Positions 10,161-20,144 of a stretch of 64,000 bases of DNA are shown one piece after another. The DNA lies in the sequence record LC592711.1, one strand, 5' to 3'. Below the pieces are notes generated by a model that was not told where the DNA came from, searched no databases, and saw only the letters and a list, made by a program, of their open reading frames with translations. Both the position numbers and the translations under genes were made by a program. Within the stretch, counting starts at the first letter, position 1. Each line of letters opens with the position of its first letter.

Positions 10161-11050
10161 TACTGCATCTCCTCTTCGGCCTTGTTGATTTTGTAAATCA
10201 AGCCTTCCGACTTATCGCGCAGGAGTTTGATCTCCTTCTCGACTTGCGGGTTGGACTTGCCGGCTTGCGCTTCTTCCAGCAACAGGATACGCGACTGGAT
10301 GCGACGCAGGTCTTCCTGCGCCTCTTTGTAGCGCCATGCCTGGAACTCGACGATCCACTTGCCGATATGGAAGAACGGGTTCAGGCTGACCGGGATGAAG
10401 CCCATCTTGAACGGGTCCATCTTCAGACGGCCGAAGAGCGCGTTGTTGTCGTCGCTTTCCACGTCGACCTTCACGTTCGGGATCTCGTCGAACTTCGACT
10501 TGAACTTGTCGTCCGACAGCGCTTCGAGGGTTTCCAGGAAGAACGGGAAACGTGCGTCGACCCAGGCAGCTTCGCCCTTGGACATGTTCTCCTTCTGGTA
10601 GTCCTCGTACATGCCGATGGCTTCGGTTTCGTAGATCGTGACTGCCTCGACGAACTTGCGAAGGAAACGATTCAGGAACGAAGCGTTGTCCACCAGTTGC
10701 ATCATGACAGCCGAGCGATGGTCGATCGTGGCCTGCGACACCGTTTCGGGCATCGACTTGCGGATTTCCTGAGCCAGGATATCCAGGTTCTTCTGAACCT
10801 TATGCAGACGATCCTTCAGGTCTTCGATCACGCTCGCGTTGCGTCCCAGGCGGAATGCTTCGCGATACTTCTCTTCGTAACCGAGGACCATTTCCGACTT
10901 GGCCTTGCGGGTTTTGAACGCCGCAGCAGCGGTGTTGTAGATCGGCATGACCTTGGTGCTCAGATCTTGCTGAACCACTTCCAGCGAGGCCAGTACTTCA
11001 TCCTTGCTGGTCACACCTTTGAGCGACTTGACGTATGCGTTGATATTCAT
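10160..11050 (-). CDS. inner-body/head protein (gp90-like by position)
   Basis: 296 aa coiled-coil-rich protein, high codon bias, synteny. Confidence 0.65.
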   Translation of the reverse strand: MNINAYVKSLKGVTSKDEVLASLEVVQQDLSTKVMPIYNTAAAAFKTRKAKSEMVLGYEEKYREAFRLGRNASVIEDLKDRLHKVQKNLDILAQEIRKSMPETVSQATIDHRSAVMMQLVDNASFLNRFLRKFVEAVTIYETEAIGMYEDYQKENMSKGEAAWVDARFPFFLETLEALSDDKFKSKFDEIPNVKVDVESDDNNALFGRLKMDPFKMGFIPVSLNPFFHIGKWIVEFQAWRYKEAQEDLRRIQSRILLLEEAQAGKSNPQVEKEIKLLRDKSEGLIYKINKAEEEMQ

Positions 11051-11066
11051 GTTGGCGGCCTTGCTG

Positions 11067-12167
11067 TTAGAAGCTCGGAGCGTTGCCGAGCTGGTAAGCT
11101 TTCAGAATATCGGTGATCGAGGCGCTTTCCTTCTGGTTGGCCGCCTTGCACTCGCGGATCGACAGATCCGACACCGACGGGATACCGGTCGTGTAGAACT
11201 GCACACGGTCGTATTCCGTATCCATCACGGCCACGATGAACAGCCCCGTTGCATCGAACAGCTTCTGGCGAGCCTTGAAGTTGCTGAACTTGTCGTTCAT
11301 CGCCAGTTCGACCTTCTTGATGGTTTCCGTCGTGGTCACCACCAGGTTCGTCGAGTTTGCCACCGACGGGTTGAGCGAGAGCAGGCCGGAGAGCTTGTTG
11401 CCGCGACGCTGGTTGGCCAGTGCCGTGTACACGCCCGACTTGTCTTGCATCAGGTTCTTCTTGTGTTCCTTCACGAGATCGCGCGCCGTGAGCAGATCGA
11501 CCAGGTTGATCTGGCCGCTGCGGTACTTGATCCAGCGCGAGGACACATCGTTGTCGACATGACCCGTCGAGAGCAGCTTCGAGAGCAGATCCGGAACCAT
11601 CGTCGAGGCTTGCAGACGAATGAGAACCGGGAGCGTGCCCTTGTTGCCGCCAGCGGAGATCTGAACTTCCAGCAGCTTGCCGACAGACAGATTGCTCGCT
11701 TCCTTGATCACTTCCGTCGAACGCGATGCCAGACCACCCGGTTCCGAGATTTCATTCTCGCCGCCGAGCATCTGCGAAGCTTCGTTCGAAATCGACTTGA
11801 ACGACGGCAAACGATGCTTGAAGCTTTCGTTGGACATCGTCCAGATCGCGCCGGCAGTGTCGATGGCGCTGTCTTTCGGATTGCGGTTGGGATTGAGCTT
11901 GTCCAGGTGACGAGCCACTGCGATGTTGTCGATGCTTGCCTGGAGCATGTTCCAGGACAGCAGATAGTATGCCGAAAAAGCCGAATGCAGTGACTGGGTC
12001 ACTGTGGGCGTATTTTCGTTGAAGAGCACACTGGAGTCGACGATCATCAGGGGTTCGACGCGGACATTGCGCGTGTAGTCGACGTACGAATCGGCAGTGC
12101 CGGAACGCATTGCGTCGATTACTTTGCCAGCGGTAACGAGGCCGGCTTCTCCAAGCTTTTCAAGCAT
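11067..12167 (-). CDS. inner-body/head protein (gp89-like by position)
   Basis: Start placed at MLEKLG behind GAGGA RBS; SNE|S and SNE|A sites; synteny. Confidence 0.65.
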   Translation of the reverse strand: MLEKLGEAGLVTAGKVIDAMRSGTADSYVDYTRNVRVEPLMIVDSSVLFNENTPTVTQSLHSAFSAYYLLSWNMLQASIDNIAVARHLDKLNPNRNPKDSAIDTAGAIWTMSNESFKHRLPSFKSISNEASQMLGGENEISEPGGLASRSTEVIKEASNLSVGKLLEVQISAGGNKGTLPVLIRLQASTMVPDLLSKLLSTGHVDNDVSSRWIKYRSGQINLVDLLTARDLVKEHKKNLMQDKSGVYTALANQRRGNKLSGLLSLNPSVANSTNLVVTTTETIKKVELAMNDKFSNFKARQKLFDATGLFIVAVMDTEYDRVQFYTTGIPSVSDLSIRECKAANQKESASITDILKAYQLGNAPSF

Positions 12168-12199
12168 GATTTTATTCCTCGGGATAACAGGACTTTTAA

Positions 12200-13468
12200 A
12201 TGGATAACAGATTAGATCTAACGATCGACCAGATCTATTCACTCGGGAAAAACGGGTCGGAGACCTTGCAAGCCGGGTTGGATCGAATCTACAATTCGAC
12301 GCCTCTCGGTCCGTTGCCGAGTAACATGGTCAACACGATTTACGGTATCAACCACCGACAGACTCAGTTGGCTTTGCCTTTCAACCGCGACAATTATGGT
12401 TTAACATTCTTTACGCGGCCGAGGTTGAACCTGACCACAAACAACATTCGTTTTGTTCGGCAAATGTATCCGTTGTTGAACACGGAGCCACGGTCTATTC
12501 AGCGGATCATCCGTTGCCTGCTGGATCCCTCACTGGCCTATCCAGACACGCAATACACTCAGATCCAACCTGTCAAGTCGCCCTATGTGGACGACCTGAA
12601 TATGTTTATTCCACTGCTGTCCAACCTCTGTCTGACTATTTCGGGGTGGCCTGATTACGTCGTCGATACGCATACGACGCCCGAGGGTCACTACCGGGAA
12701 TCGCACAGCATGGTCGACAGCAGTATTGAAGTTAAAAACACATACGAATTGTCGGCTTCCTTTCGGAACATACCGAATAATCCGGTCACATTATTGTTTT
12801 ATTTCTGGATCTTCTACGCATCGAAGGTCTTTGAAGGTGAAATGATTCCGTATGGCTCCTCGCTGTACGAAAATGAGATCGATTACAACACCCGAATCTA
12901 CCGTCTGGTGCTGGATCCGACCAAGCGTTACGTTCAGCATATCTTGTCGACCGGGGCGTCTTTCCCCCTCAATGCGCCGGTTGGTGCGCTGGGTAACTTC
13001 GACCACGATCAGCCCTTCAATGAATCAGGGGATAACGTCAACATCCGCTTCCAATGTATCGGAATGGATTACAACGATCCGATCCAGATTCAGGAGTTTA
13101 ACTCCGCTGTGACGATCATGAATCCTGGCATGGGCGATGGTTACCGTGACCAGTTCTACATCAAGATTCCTTACCAGATCCTCTCGTTCTTCAATATGCG
13201 TGGTTATCCTCGTATCGAGAAGAGCACGATGGAACTGGAATGGTACGTGTCCTACGCGATGTTCCAGTCGTATGCCGCTCAGTTGAGTGACTTCGCCAAT
13301 ATCCAGGGCATGCGCAACCAGACATTCTTGCAATATATTTCCGCAGGCGACACCTCTAATTATAAGAAAGCCTTGGAAGACCTGGATACCGAGAACCTGA
13401 ATCAGACGTTTAACGGCGGCATCATTAAAGCTGATGTCAACGCGAACTCTGGTTCCTCACAGACTTAA
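12200..13468 (+). CDS. putative tail/baseplate structural protein (gp88-like by position)
   Basis: 422 aa, divergent from the head genes, AGGA RBS. Confidence 0.55.
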   Translation: MDNRLDLTIDQIYSLGKNGSETLQAGLDRIYNSTPLGPLPSNMVNTIYGINHRQTQLALPFNRDNYGLTFFTRPRLNLTTNNIRFVRQMYPLLNTEPRSIQRIIRCLLDPSLAYPDTQYTQIQPVKSPYVDDLNMFIPLLSNLCLTISGWPDYVVDTHTTPEGHYRESHSMVDSSIEVKNTYELSASFRNIPNNPVTLLFYFWIFYASKVFEGEMIPYGSSLYENEIDYNTRIYRLVLDPTKRYVQHILSTGASFPLNAPVGALGNFDHDQPFNESGDNVNIRFQCIGMDYNDPIQIQEFNSAVTIMNPGMGDGYRDQFYIKIPYQILSFFNMRGYPRIEKSTMELEWYVSYAMFQSYAAQLSDFANIQGMRNQTFLQYISAGDTSNYKKALEDLDTENLNQTFNGGIIKADVNANSGSSQT

Positions 13469-13482
13469 CTGGAGCCATTTTA

Positions 13483-16401
13483 ATGGGCACTATCCGTGAC
13501 ATCATGAACGACGCGCTGGCGGCGTCCTATGACCCTAGCGGTCAGTTCAGAGCGTCGATGCGCACGCTCGTAGCAATCATGAATGGGGAGATCGATGACG
13601 TCTCTCCAGCCAACCCCGTGGTGATGACCATCGAGAACACGGGCGCGTTGATCGCGGCGTTCACTGAGAGCATGCAGACTCAGACTCAGCGACTCTTGCA
13701 GGTGAACGCTCTGACGCCTGAGGACCTCTATCCTCACATGGCGGACGTACACTTCACCAACATCTTCAACCTGCCGGCCAAGTCGACATTCACTCTGATT
13801 CTGGATAAGAAAGAGATCCTGAACCAGATGAAGCCGATTCCTGGCACGATGTCGAGCAAGGTGACGATTCCTCGCAACTCGTACTTTACGGTCTCGGATT
13901 ATGTCTTCGGTATTCACTATCCGATCGATATCATCCAGCAGGTGCATGGCGGCATTCGTGTTCAGTATGACACGAGTATGCCGACTGCTCTGGAAGCGTT
14001 GTCGACCAACATCCTGAATACGCGCGAAGTTCAGCGTGACGGGGTGACGTATCTGGCAATCGACATCGACGTCTTCCAGTTCGACATTGCGAGCAAGACA
14101 CCGGTAGTGACGCAAGGTACTACCTTCAGCTTCAACGTGGCGATCACGGATCTGTATTACGCGACCCGTGTCTACATGACGAATGCTGACGGCTCGTACA
14201 CCGAGATCCCGGTAACGTACAGCGAGAAGATCTATGACCCTCTCAAGCCGTGTGCTGTGGTGAAACTGAGTGATGGGAACGTCAATGTTTCCATCCCGCA
14301 GATCTACATCAACCAGGGCATCATTCTGGGCACGCTGCGCATCGATGTCTACACCACGAAGGGGCCTCTCCAGACCGATTTCTCCAGTTTCGCTATTGGT
14401 TCGGTAGGATACCGCTTCAGAGACCTCGATAAGAACGCTGTAACGACGTATACGGCCCCGATGACGCAGTTGGATACCTGCATCATACTGGCGGAGCAGC
14501 CTGTCTCTGGCGGCGCTTTGGCGATGACCTTCGACGAGCTGCGCACAGCCGTGATTGCTGATGCGATTGGTGATCCGAACCTGCCGATCACGCCTGCCCA
14601 GATTCAGAACTTCATCACGCGTCTTGGCTACGACGTCATCAAGAATACCGACATCGTGACTGACCGAGTGTTCCTGGGCACGAAGAACATGCCGGACCCG
14701 ACTGATCCGTCTTTGCTCACTGCTGCGAACGCTTCTATCGAAACGATGAATGCGGCGTTCACCGATCTGATCGGTAACTCGGCCGTGATCGACAACACAG
14801 CGGATTCGAACTCCATTACCTTGACGCCTAAGGCTATCTACCAGTTGGTCGATGGCATGCTCAAGCTGGTGGACGATTCGACTCTTGCTTCGATCAATGC
14901 AATGCGCAGCGATCTGAAGGCAACGTACATCACCAATGGCGGTTTCCTCTATTCACCGTACTACTACGTGCTGGATAAGAGCAACAACCAGTTCCGTCTT
15001 GCGCCTTACTACCTGGATAATCCTCAGGTGCTGTCGCAGACGTTCGTCGAAGACAATGAAGGTACGCTCCTGCAAGTCAACACCAACGGGTACACGCTGG
15101 TGAAGACGGACTCGGGCTACACACTTCGTCTGACAGTCAAGTCCAATGACGACTACAAGGCTTTGCAGAACACGGACGTACAGTGTCTGCTGGGCTTTAA
15201 ATCGCCCACGGAAGAAGATCCCTGCTGGCTCACGGGCACGCTTTACGGAACGGATCCCACGAGCAAGGAACGGATCTGGGAATTCGATCTCTCGTCCAAG
15301 TTCGCTATGGACGTCACCGATCGGATTGACTTCCGTAACTTCAAGATGTACGACACGACCGACAAGACGATCTTCGCAAGCCTCACGCAAGACTTCACGG
15401 TTATCTACGCGACTCAGTCGCAAATGGGTAACCTCTTCGTGCCTGGTCTGATCGACGCATTGCTTCCGCGTTATCTGGTCGGCCTGAATAGCAAGGCGAT
15501 CTGTCAGGAGAAGCTGACGTTGCAGTTCGGCCAAGCTTTGTCCAACCTCTGGGCACGTGCTCGTTCGGTTGCTTCCACGATCGAATACGAAACGTACCCG
15601 ACTGACGTTATCCTGCGTTACACGGACGACGTCTGGAAGGTGGACCCGGCAACCAACAGCACGATCTTCATGGTCGACGGCAAGCCGACACGTATTCTTC
15701 TGCATGCGAAGAATGATCCGATACTGGATGCCAATGGCAATCAGCAGGTTCAGTATCCGGCTGGCTCGATCGTGTATGACTACACGCAGAATCCGCCTGT
15801 GCCGATCGTCAAGAACGTTCGTTATCTGAAACATCGCTTCGAGCTCTTCCTGATCGAAGGCGTCTATGCGTTCAGTAACGACGACATCGCTGTTGCCTAT
15901 CGTAATACTGTTGCTCAGACGGTGGCTTCGTGGGTGACAACCGACATGGTAAACGTTCAGAAGGCTTCGATGGATAAGACGCGAGTCTACTTCTATCCGA
16001 AGACGATCTTCGGCACCATCGAGGTTGTGGTGGCCGATGGCATCATCCAGCAGATCTCGGCAGGTCAACGTTTCGACGTTGCTCTGACTGTGACCAAGGA
16101 AGTCTATCAGGACGACGTTAAACGTCAGCTGCTGACCAATCAGACTACGACGGTGATTGCCGCCTATCTGAAAGGCCAAACGCTTTCCAACAGCGACATC
16201 GTGGAACAGCTTCGTGCAAGTTATGGCGAAGACGTTCTTGATGCTCAGGTATCGCTCTTTGGCGACGCTGCGAACATTCCGGTGATGCAGTTGGTCAATG
16301 AAGTTCACTGTTGCGGTATTCGTAAACGACTGGTGTCGCGTGACGACAACAAGCTGGTCGTGCAGGAAGACATCAACGTGACCTTCACGATGATTCAGTA
16401 A
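13483..16401 (+). CDS. large baseplate/tail structural protein (gp87-like by position)
   Basis: 972 aa beta-rich ORF, GGAG RBS; synteny. Confidence 0.6.
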   Translation: MGTIRDIMNDALAASYDPSGQFRASMRTLVAIMNGEIDDVSPANPVVMTIENTGALIAAFTESMQTQTQRLLQVNALTPEDLYPHMADVHFTNIFNLPAKSTFTLILDKKEILNQMKPIPGTMSSKVTIPRNSYFTVSDYVFGIHYPIDIIQQVHGGIRVQYDTSMPTALEALSTNILNTREVQRDGVTYLAIDIDVFQFDIASKTPVVTQGTTFSFNVAITDLYYATRVYMTNADGSYTEIPVTYSEKIYDPLKPCAVVKLSDGNVNVSIPQIYINQGIILGTLRIDVYTTKGPLQTDFSSFAIGSVGYRFRDLDKNAVTTYTAPMTQLDTCIILAEQPVSGGALAMTFDELRTAVIADAIGDPNLPITPAQIQNFITRLGYDVIKNTDIVTDRVFLGTKNMPDPTDPSLLTAANASIETMNAAFTDLIGNSAVIDNTADSNSITLTPKAIYQLVDGMLKLVDDSTLASINAMRSDLKATYITNGGFLYSPYYYVLDKSNNQFRLAPYYLDNPQVLSQTFVEDNEGTLLQVNTNGYTLVKTDSGYTLRLTVKSNDDYKALQNTDVQCLLGFKSPTEEDPCWLTGTLYGTDPTSKERIWEFDLSSKFAMDVTDRIDFRNFKMYDTTDKTIFASLTQDFTVIYATQSQMGNLFVPGLIDALLPRYLVGLNSKAICQEKLTLQFGQALSNLWARARSVASTIEYETYPTDVILRYTDDVWKVDPATNSTIFMVDGKPTRILLHAKNDPILDANGNQQVQYPAGSIVYDYTQNPPVPIVKNVRYLKHRFELFLIEGVYAFSNDDIAVAYRNTVAQTVASWVTTDMVNVQKASMDKTRVYFYPKTIFGTIEVVVADGIIQQISAGQRFDVALTVTKEVYQDDVKRQLLTNQTTTVIAAYLKGQTLSNSDIVEQLRASYGEDVLDAQVSLFGDAANIPVMQLVNEVHCCGIRKRLVSRDDNKLVVQEDINVTFTMIQ

Positions 16402-16412
16402 CATAGATGAAC

Positions 16413-16446
16413 CATACACACCTGGGCTTACGCCCAGGTGTGTATG
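16413..16446. terminator. bidirectional hairpin between convergent genes
   Basis: 15-bp perfect stem CATACACACCTGGGC/GCCCAGGTGTGTATG. Confidence 0.7.
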
Positions 16447-16457
16447 TGCTCTTTCGT

Positions 16458-18233
16458 TTATTCGTCTTTTTTCTCTTGACCCGTCACAATACGGAGAGCG
16501 TTCTCAGCTTCCGACGTGGACATGGTAATCGAAGGACGATCGTCGTCTTCTTCATCCGCGCCACCGAACGACACCTTCAGGTGCTTAACGGAGACGAACG
16601 GCAGCATGTGTTGGTTGACTGTCGATTCCTGGGCTTCCTTGCTCAGATCCGACAGATCATCCACGAGCTCTTCCAACGAAGGCGGAACCATCTCACCCAC
16701 CTTGTTGTAAAGCGCCACAAGACCAGCTGCGTTCTTCTTCAGTGTACTCACGACGTCTGCTGCGTTCTTGGTGACTTCCGTGTAAACACGGGAGATCTCC
16801 GCATACACACGCATCAAGCCGGCGTAGTTCTCCGTCAGGATACGCTGCAAACGAATGATTGCTTCTGCCTCTGCTTTACGCTGGGGGCGGGAAGGATCGC
16901 GTGCTGCGGTTTTCTGAAGACCACGAGCAGCTTCTTCGAGGTGCTGCAGGACAGGTTGCGACTTCTTCAGCAGTTCGATGAAGACGATCATACCGCGCCA
17001 GTTGACTTCCTTCAAGCGGCGCACACCGATCTGGTAACCGGACAACAGTTCTTCCAGATCGTTGAAGTTCGGTTCTTTCGAACCAGCATCATGAATGCTG
17101 TTGCGAAGCGTGCCTGCCCATTCGCCAGCCGACATGAACGTATGGGAACCGATCTTGAAAGCAGCCAGCCGTTCATCCGAAATAGCCGCCAACGAGAGAA
17201 GACCCGTGCGTTCCTTATTCCAGCCGGAACCACCTTCTTCGGAGAAAGCAGAGGCAGCTTCCTTGCCAGCAGCAAATGCTGCTTCAAGCGCATCGAGTTC
17301 CGACGCCATGATCTTGCTGTAGTCGTTGAAGCCTTCGAACGACGCGGTGATGAGAGCCATCGCATCGCTACGTTCTTGAGCGAAAACAACACGAGCGTAA
17401 CGGCTCGGCTTTCTCATGTACTCCAGAACTTCTTTGCCGCCTTCAACGCCCATCAGTGCTTCGCCCAGGTCGATCTTCAGGAAGTGCTCGCGCTTTGCCT
17501 TCGGATCGATCTTGGTGTTGTCCAGCAGGTCGGGGATTTCAGCGATGATCTGGTCTTGAACCGACACAGGCAGCGAGGACTTGCGGATTTCCTCGTGACT
17601 GATCGCATTGGGCATGCGAATGTTCAGTTCTTTACCCCGCGTAGCTCGGACCTTGCTGACGGTGCGATCGAGGACCTTCTCCTGCTTGTCCACTTTCTTC
17701 TCGGATTCACGGACACCCTGCTCCGCTTTATCCAGAGTACCGCCACCGCTACCACCACTCGATCCACCACCACTGCCAAACAGCCAGTTGATGAACTTGT
17801 AGATGATAGCGACAAGGAAAGCTGCTGCTGCTGCGATCACCACCCACATCTGGGTCGAGAGCGCTTCGAGACTCGGCTCGTAGCCGACACCCGACACGTC
17901 TTCGGTGAAGTAGTTGGGCTTGATATGGGATTCGAGCGACGGAACGAGTTCCAGAAGCTCGTAAGCCATCCCACGGCTCATGCCCTTATTCTTCTTCATC
18001 CGACGTTCCAGATCCACCAGACGCTGGACGTAGGATTCGGTCGAGATGATTAGATCGATGTCGTCTTTCATCTCCGGGAACTGGTTAGCCAATTCCGGTT
18101 GTTTGAAGAAGTTCGTATCCGGCATCTCGAAGCCGCTGTTGGGACCGCCCTCAGCTGCGGACTGCATAGCCTGAGCGCGGATCTCCTCGTTGTCGTTGAA
18201 CTTGTCCCACGTGAAAAGCGAATCACCACGCAT
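16458..18233 (-). CDS. processed internal head protein
   Basis: PSLE|S and PSLE|A sites, hydrophobic WVVIAAAAAFLVAIIYKFINWLFG segment, Gly/Ser linker. Confidence 0.65.
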   Translation of the reverse strand: MRGDSLFTWDKFNDNEEIRAQAMQSAAEGGPNSGFEMPDTNFFKQPELANQFPEMKDDIDLIISTESYVQRLVDLERRMKKNKGMSRGMAYELLELVPSLESHIKPNYFTEDVSGVGYEPSLEALSTQMWVVIAAAAAFLVAIIYKFINWLFGSGGGSSGGSGGGTLDKAEQGVRESEKKVDKQEKVLDRTVSKVRATRGKELNIRMPNAISHEEIRKSSLPVSVQDQIIAEIPDLLDNTKIDPKAKREHFLKIDLGEALMGVEGGKEVLEYMRKPSRYARVVFAQERSDAMALITASFEGFNDYSKIMASELDALEAAFAAGKEAASAFSEEGGSGWNKERTGLLSLAAISDERLAAFKIGSHTFMSAGEWAGTLRNSIHDAGSKEPNFNDLEELLSGYQIGVRRLKEVNWRGMIVFIELLKKSQPVLQHLEEAARGLQKTAARDPSRPQRKAEAEAIIRLQRILTENYAGLMRVYAEISRVYTEVTKNAADVVSTLKKNAAGLVALYNKVGEMVPPSLEELVDDLSDLSKEAQESTVNQHMLPFVSVKHLKVSFGGADEEDDDRPSITMSTSEAENALRIVTGQEKKDE

Positions 18234-18244
18234 GGCGTGTCACC

Positions 18245-18721
18245 TCACGAGAGCGAGATCTTGTTGCACTCGCGCAACTTGCAGATGAGCAGGTTGGCCA
18301 GTTGGAGAACCGACGATGCCTGCATGCCGACTTCCTTGATGGCGTTCCACACTTCGACTGGCATGATCGGAGCGATACCCAACGCGGTAGCCAAGAATTC
18401 GAATTCCGGGTTCACGTTGTAGTCGCACGCTTCGCCGTTCAGGATACGGCTGCGCAGCAGGAACATCATCTTCGCGGCTTCGCAAGCTGCTTGCACGTCG
18501 ATGAGCATTTCTTCGTTCAGGAACGAGACCGTGCGCGCGACGTTTGCTGTGTGTGCATCTGCGAACACCGTCATCGGGTTCAGTTCGTTGCCGATCTTCG
18601 GAACGAGGTGGTTGCCGATTGCCATGCCGATGATGACCGGCAGGATCAGGCGACGCTTGGCGGAATCGGGCAGCATGAGGCTGACCTTGCCAGCGAATTC
18701 TTGGACTTCGAAATTCTGCAT
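18245..18721 (-). CDS. putative virion protein
   Basis: 158 aa ORF in operon with head proteins. Confidence 0.6.
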   Translation of the reverse strand: MQNFEVQEFAGKVSLMLPDSAKRRLILPVIIGMAIGNHLVPKIGNELNPMTVFADAHTANVARTVSFLNEEMLIDVQAACEAAKMMFLLRSRILNGEACDYNVNPEFEFLATALGIAPIMPVEVWNAIKEVGMQASSVLQLANLLICKLRECNKISLS

Positions 18722-18736
18722 GATGGTGACCTGTGG

Positions 18737-20047
18737 TTAAGCGTTACGGAACTTGTTTGCGTAGTAGAACAGCTTGTTGGACGCCATGTCTTCGAGCTGT
18801 TGCTGGAATTCGATCTGTTTGCGTTTGTTGACGCCCGACGGAATCAGGTAGTCATAAACCAGACCCACGAGCTGGGTATGGTCCTTGAAGTGATCGTTGG
18901 TCTTGTCGATGATCTCGATGTCTTCGCGAATGCGAGCCGAGTCTTCCTTCGTCAGGCCAGGTTCCTTCAGTTCGTTGATCAGGTCATTGCGGATGCGGAT
19001 GAAACGACGACCTGCCTTGTCGTACCAGTCGTGATGGGCGTCTGCCAGCAGGAGACCTGCGAGCAGCACGAACGTCGTGTATGCGCCGTACACTTGACCG
19101 ATTGCGATTTCGAAGATACCGAGCGCGAGCACACAGACCTTCACGAATTCCATGAAGAAGTAGCCGACCCAGCCGCGACGATAGATCGTGCCCTTGTACA
19201 TCTTGTCGAGCGCCGTCACGAGATCACGGCCAGCGCCATGACGCGTTGCGAACTGATCCGACAGAGCTTCGAAGCTGTTGATGTCGTAGCCTTCCACGCC
19301 CGACTGGCTGCGGTTCTTGCGTGCCAGGTTCGAGATGATGACCGTGTAGATCGTCGTGTTGTTCTTGTTGCCGAGATCCTGAGCATCCAGATTCGTGATC
19401 GCCAGCATATCGCCAGCTTCCTTGATGATCAGTTCACGTCGGCCATGGTCGGTCGTGCCGTCCAGTTCACGCACCATCGTGATGAGGATCTGGTTGGTCG
19501 TACGGAAACGGATCAGGTGTTCGAAGAACGACCACACGTGACCGACTTCATGCAGGATGATCGCCGAGAGTTCCGGGCTGGAATATTCACGACCGTCGAA
19601 GAGCTTGTAGAGCAGGCCCTTGTTGCCGTAGATCATCGCAGCATTCAGGTACATCTTGATCGGCGGCAGTTCTGCCAGGTAGCCGTCCACCCAGCCTGCG
19701 TTCGTATCGATGAACGTACGCACTTCCTTGTTCTGGCTCTTGCGGATGTCGGCGAGCGAGCGCTTGGAGAGCGTCGTGTCCTTCCAGCCGTAACCTTCGA
19801 GCAGCGGGCTGTTCTTGTCCAGATGCGGGGGTTCCGTCATCATGGGCATGTCGCTCACGCTGATTTCGAAGTTGATGTTCGTGTTGTCCTTGATGCACTT
19901 GGCAACTGCGATCTCGAACTCGGTGCGAGTGTTACCGTCGCTCTTGGTACGGTACTTGTCGATGATCGCCGTCATCTCGCGGTGAAAGCGATCGTTCTGG
20001 AACGAAATGCTCTCCGGCGAGTAGATGGGATTGATGGTGGTAAACAT
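18737..20047 (-). CDS. putative virion protein with zincin HExxH motif and membrane segments
   Basis: IILHEVGHVW, downstream EALSDQFATRHG, hydrophobic C-terminal helices. Confidence 0.6.
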   Translation of the reverse strand: MFTTINPIYSPESISFQNDRFHREMTAIIDKYRTKSDGNTRTEFEIAVAKCIKDNTNINFEISVSDMPMMTEPPHLDKNSPLLEGYGWKDTTLSKRSLADIRKSQNKEVRTFIDTNAGWVDGYLAELPPIKMYLNAAMIYGNKGLLYKLFDGREYSSPELSAIILHEVGHVWSFFEHLIRFRTTNQILITMVRELDGTTDHGRRELIIKEAGDMLAITNLDAQDLGNKNNTTIYTVIISNLARKNRSQSGVEGYDINSFEALSDQFATRHGAGRDLVTALDKMYKGTIYRRGWVGYFFMEFVKVCVLALGIFEIAIGQVYGAYTTFVLLAGLLLADAHHDWYDKAGRRFIRIRNDLINELKEPGLTKEDSARIREDIEIIDKTNDHFKDHTQLVGLVYDYLIPSGVNKRKQIEFQQQLEDMASNKLFYYANKFRNA

Positions 20048-20144
20048 GTTTTGGCCGACCTTTTGTCAACGGTAATTAAAAATCAGACGACACAATGTTG
20101 TGCCTGAAATTGTCCTACGCCTCATAAAAAAGGTGCGAAATAGA

